Below, piece after piece: positions 61,722-64,000 of a DNA stretch of 64,000 nucleotides; within the stretch, counting starts at the first letter, position 1, and the number at the start of each line of letters is the position of its first letter. The notes under the pieces are model-generated. The model did no database searches and was not told the origin of the DNA. It saw nothing but the letters and a program-made list of their open reading frames with translations. Source of the DNA: an uncultured archaeon (GTDB lineage Archaea > Asgardarchaeota > Thorarchaeia > Thorarchaeales > Thorarchaeaceae); NCBI GenBank assembly GCA_964458565.1, contig CAYWJO010000001.1, positions 191,160 to 255,159 on the forward strand. Direction: 5' to 3'. Both the position numbers and the translations under genes were made by a program.

Positions 61722-62366
61722 ATGACTATGATGAGTGCATATCAGAAAAGATGGGTTTTCTTAATCATTTTACTAACAATGGTGGTAAATGTATCATATA
61801 TACCATTAAGTATACATACTCCAGTAATAGAGAGAGTCTTTAATGTAAGTGGTTCTCAATCAGGAACCTTTGATTACACAGATGATTCCACTGGAGCCAT
61901 ATGGTGGTTATCATATGTAGATGACAGTGGTCTAATGAAAATGTGTGGTGATTCTCATTATCCTAATTGGTTTGGAAGTTATAGTAGACTTACTGTTGGT
62001 TCCCTTGTCACTGTTAACGAGCCATTGAAGGTGAGAATAGGATTTTATGCTACCCTTAATGCAAAGATACTTGAAGGATTTCCTGGAACTGTATGGATAA
62101 AGGTATTTGTAACACTTCTTGATGAATCGTACAATCAGATTGATTACAAACGTCTTCTTTTCAAAGAAACAGATTGGACAGGATCAGTTGATTTTACAGG
62201 GTATAAGCACAAACTTGATTCTGAGACCACTCTTCAGCCAAATCATAATTATTATCTTTGTGTTAAATGGGAGGGCTATCTACAATGTACAGGGTATGTA
62301 CATGCAACTGATGGTACAGGTTATGCAGACCTAATAATTTCGCAAATATTGTGGTCGTTCTATTAA
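61722..62366 (+). CDS. secreted/anchored protein of unknown family, paralogue 1
   Basis: N-terminal hydrophobic helix; KVRIG..., LLDESYNQID, ETTLQPNHNYYLCV. Confidence 0.75.
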   Translation: MTMMSAYQKRWVFLIILLTMVVNVSYIPLSIHTPVIERVFNVSGSQSGTFDYTDDSTGAIWWLSYVDDSGLMKMCGDSHYPNWFGSYSRLTVGSLVTVNEPLKVRIGFYATLNAKILEGFPGTVWIKVFVTLLDESYNQIDYKRLLFKETDWTGSVDFTGYKHKLDSETTLQPNHNYYLCVKWEGYLQCTGYVHATDGTGYADLIISQILWSFY

Positions 62367-62399
62367 TCATTTATTGATATGGCTTGGCGGTGAATATAC

Positions 62400-63047
62400 T
62401 TGATACACAAGAAAACAGAATTAGTAATCATAACTCTCATTTCCCTGTGTTTAATATTTCCAATTCCTAGCAATAATGTGAGTCTACCGAATCACTCATA
62501 CCTGCCAGCATTTGAATGGGATAATGCACCTTGGGACAAGACTGTGATACAGGAACAACCATTTTGGTGGGATTTGAGAGTTTATGATCAATATAAAATG
62601 TATATGAGAGGTGTTTCAAACCCACTTAATCTACTCGGAAGCAAATCGTTTATCTACTTTGGATTTGAGGTCCAAGTTGATACAGCTAAGAAAGTCAAAA
62701 TTGGAGCATATGGTTTGTTGAATGCTTTTATAATCTCAGGAACTCCAGGCAGTGTTTGGATTAAGATATCAGCAGTTTTGTGTGATGAAACCATGAATCC
62801 AATAGATCAGCATCAACTCTTCAAACGTTCAAGAGCAAATGGTGCAAATTGGACAGGACGAAATGTAGTAATTAATGATGATTTTGACGTGTATAAACTG
62901 GACTATGAAACAACTTTGCAGCCAGGGCATAAGTACTATGTATGTGTTCGATTAGAAGGATGGTTGTGTTATTGGAGTCAGATATATGGAATAAATAATA
63001 ATTTTGCACAGTTTCATGTGTCCTGCATAATGTGGGAGTTTTATTAA
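62400..63047 (+). CDS. secreted/anchored protein of unknown family, paralogue 2
   Basis: KVKIG..., LCDETMNPID, ETTLQPGHKYYVCV. Confidence 0.75.
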   Translation: MIHKKTELVIITLISLCLIFPIPSNNVSLPNHSYLPAFEWDNAPWDKTVIQEQPFWWDLRVYDQYKMYMRGVSNPLNLLGSKSFIYFGFEVQVDTAKKVKIGAYGLLNAFIISGTPGSVWIKISAVLCDETMNPIDQHQLFKRSRANGANWTGRNVVINDDFDVYKLDYETTLQPGHKYYVCVRLEGWLCYWSQIYGINNNFAQFHVSCIMWEFY

Positions 63048-63141
63048 GTTGCAATAAGCAATGCAAAATTAAATTCCTCATGATATTGGTCTAGTTTAAT
63101 AAATTTTGAACACTTAGTGATAAGGAGGTGTTACATATTAG

Positions 63142-63741
63142 ATGGAAAGATTGGGTACAAAGATCAAAGCTGTGTTGGTATTAGCAGGATTATGTTTCAG
63201 TTTATGGACTTTATGTGAATTACTAGCACCAAGGGTTATATCAGTCGATGTTTATAATGAGAACCGAGGAGTATTCATTATTTCAAATGTGAATCAAACA
63301 TCAAAAGAGATATCAATCGAGGGGCATCATGATCTCTTCACGTTACCAAGAGCTTGTTATGCTCAATACATAAGTGATTTTCCGCCTCCACATCAAGGTA
63401 AGGTTAGATTTGAAGTTGAATGGAATCTAACGGGAAAAATTATTGCTGGAAAACTAAGTGAAGCTAGTGTAGTGGTTTCGGTTTTGCTGTTGGATACAAC
63501 TAAGAATACGTTGGATATGAATCAGATTTATAGCATAAACGTATATTCTGATACCTTAGAAATTAGCATTCATAATTCGAATACTGGTTACTTCAAGTAC
63601 AACACTACAGTATATCCTCAATTTCTATATTATCTCGCAATTCGACTTCATGTTACTCTCTCTGGAGCATCATCATTCACCAGTATCGATGGAGATATTC
63701 CTGCAATTCTTACAGTACAAAGTATTGAGGGTTTTTTGTAG
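63142..63741 (+). CDS. secreted/anchored protein of unknown family, divergent paralogue 3
   Basis: AGGAGGTG upstream; KVRF..., LLDTTKNTLD, NTTVYPQFLYYLAI. Confidence 0.7.
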   Translation: MERLGTKIKAVLVLAGLCFSLWTLCELLAPRVISVDVYNENRGVFIISNVNQTSKEISIEGHHDLFTLPRACYAQYISDFPPPHQGKVRFEVEWNLTGKIIAGKLSEASVVVSVLLLDTTKNTLDMNQIYSINVYSDTLEISIHNSNTGYFKYNTTVYPQFLYYLAIRLHVTLSGASSFTSIDGDIPAILTVQSIEGFL

Positions 63742-63780
63742 AATATGAATACATGAATATTGCCCTGAAAAATAATCTCC

Positions 63781-63890
63781 ATTGTAGAAAATAAAGATAG
63801 TCCACAGATGATGATGACTTTTCTCTGACACGTGCGTTCTCACTCATATACTCCTGGCAACTCTAGGTACTGTGCGAGCCACACTTTTAG
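63781..63890 (-). other. 23S rRNA 3' trailer ending in a T-rich terminator-like tract; master copy of the repeat
   Basis: directly follows the 23S end; minus strand ends ...gtggactatctttattttctacaat. Confidence 0.75.
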
Positions 63891-64000
63891 TCTGCACGCC
63901 TCGGACATTAGTAGCGGTGAGCTGAATACCTCGCCGAAGCTTGGTACTTACACCCCCGCCCTATTCACCTTGTCTTCTACAAGAGTCCTCGTTTCCAGAC
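63891..64000 (-). rRNA. rrl: 23S rRNA, 3'-terminal ~110 nt (gene continues beyond the window; exact end approximate)
   Basis: minus strand GGACTCTTGTAGAAGACAAGGTGAATAGGGCGGGGGTGTAAG...TTCAGCTCACCGCTACTAATGTCCGAG fits the conserved archaeal LSU 3' end (GTAGAAGAC...ATAGG..GGGGTGTAAG...TTCAGC...TACTAA). Confidence 0.9.

Noticed and set aside
1590-63081. Numerous antisense and nested ORFs in the track (e.g. 11017-11523, 13943-14530, 42292-42858)
   Set aside because: They are shadows of well-supported genes on the other strand or frame.
63808-63829. C/D-box sRNA from ATGATGA...CTGA in the repeat
   Set aside because: The boxes are only 7 nt apart, lie antisense to the rRNA, and CTGA is CAGA in copies 1, 4 and 6.
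63000-63890. 5S rRNA or tRNA downstream of 23S
   Set aside because: No 5S or cloverleaf pattern was recognised here or elsewhere in the window by eye.
49817-63925. CRISPR array or classical integron attC sites
   Set aside because: Spacing is 0.4-4.5 kb and irregular, there are no cas or intI genes, I see no attC-type inverted core sites, and the repeat is explained by rRNA-end homology.

Overview
Archaeal chromosomal window, most likely from an Asgard archaeon (Thorarchaeia-like; inferred from eS26, a Rab-like small GTPase, an RdhA-type protein and a group 3b [NiFe] hydrogenase). Positions 1-44 kb hold ordinary metabolic and housekeeping genes: a sulfhydrogenase operon, UvsE, a compact AlaRS, PiT/DUF47, an acyl-CoA dehydrogenase, SRAP, ABC modules and an arsM-arsN2 locus with a Cys-rich PadR regulator. 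The last ~110 bp are the 3' end of a 23S rRNA gene on the minus strand. The main finding lies downstream of that rRNA. Between ~47.5 and 63.8 kb, six clear and one faint same-orientation partial copies of the 23S 3' end plus trailer divide the region into cassette-like blocks. The blocks carry ABC-2 exporters, secreted proteins, truncated proteases, a surface protein and an MNT-HepT toxin-antitoxin pair. Several genes stop inside, or are cut by, the repeat. No integrase or transposase is visible in the window. All protein calls come from motif recognition by eye, not database searches.
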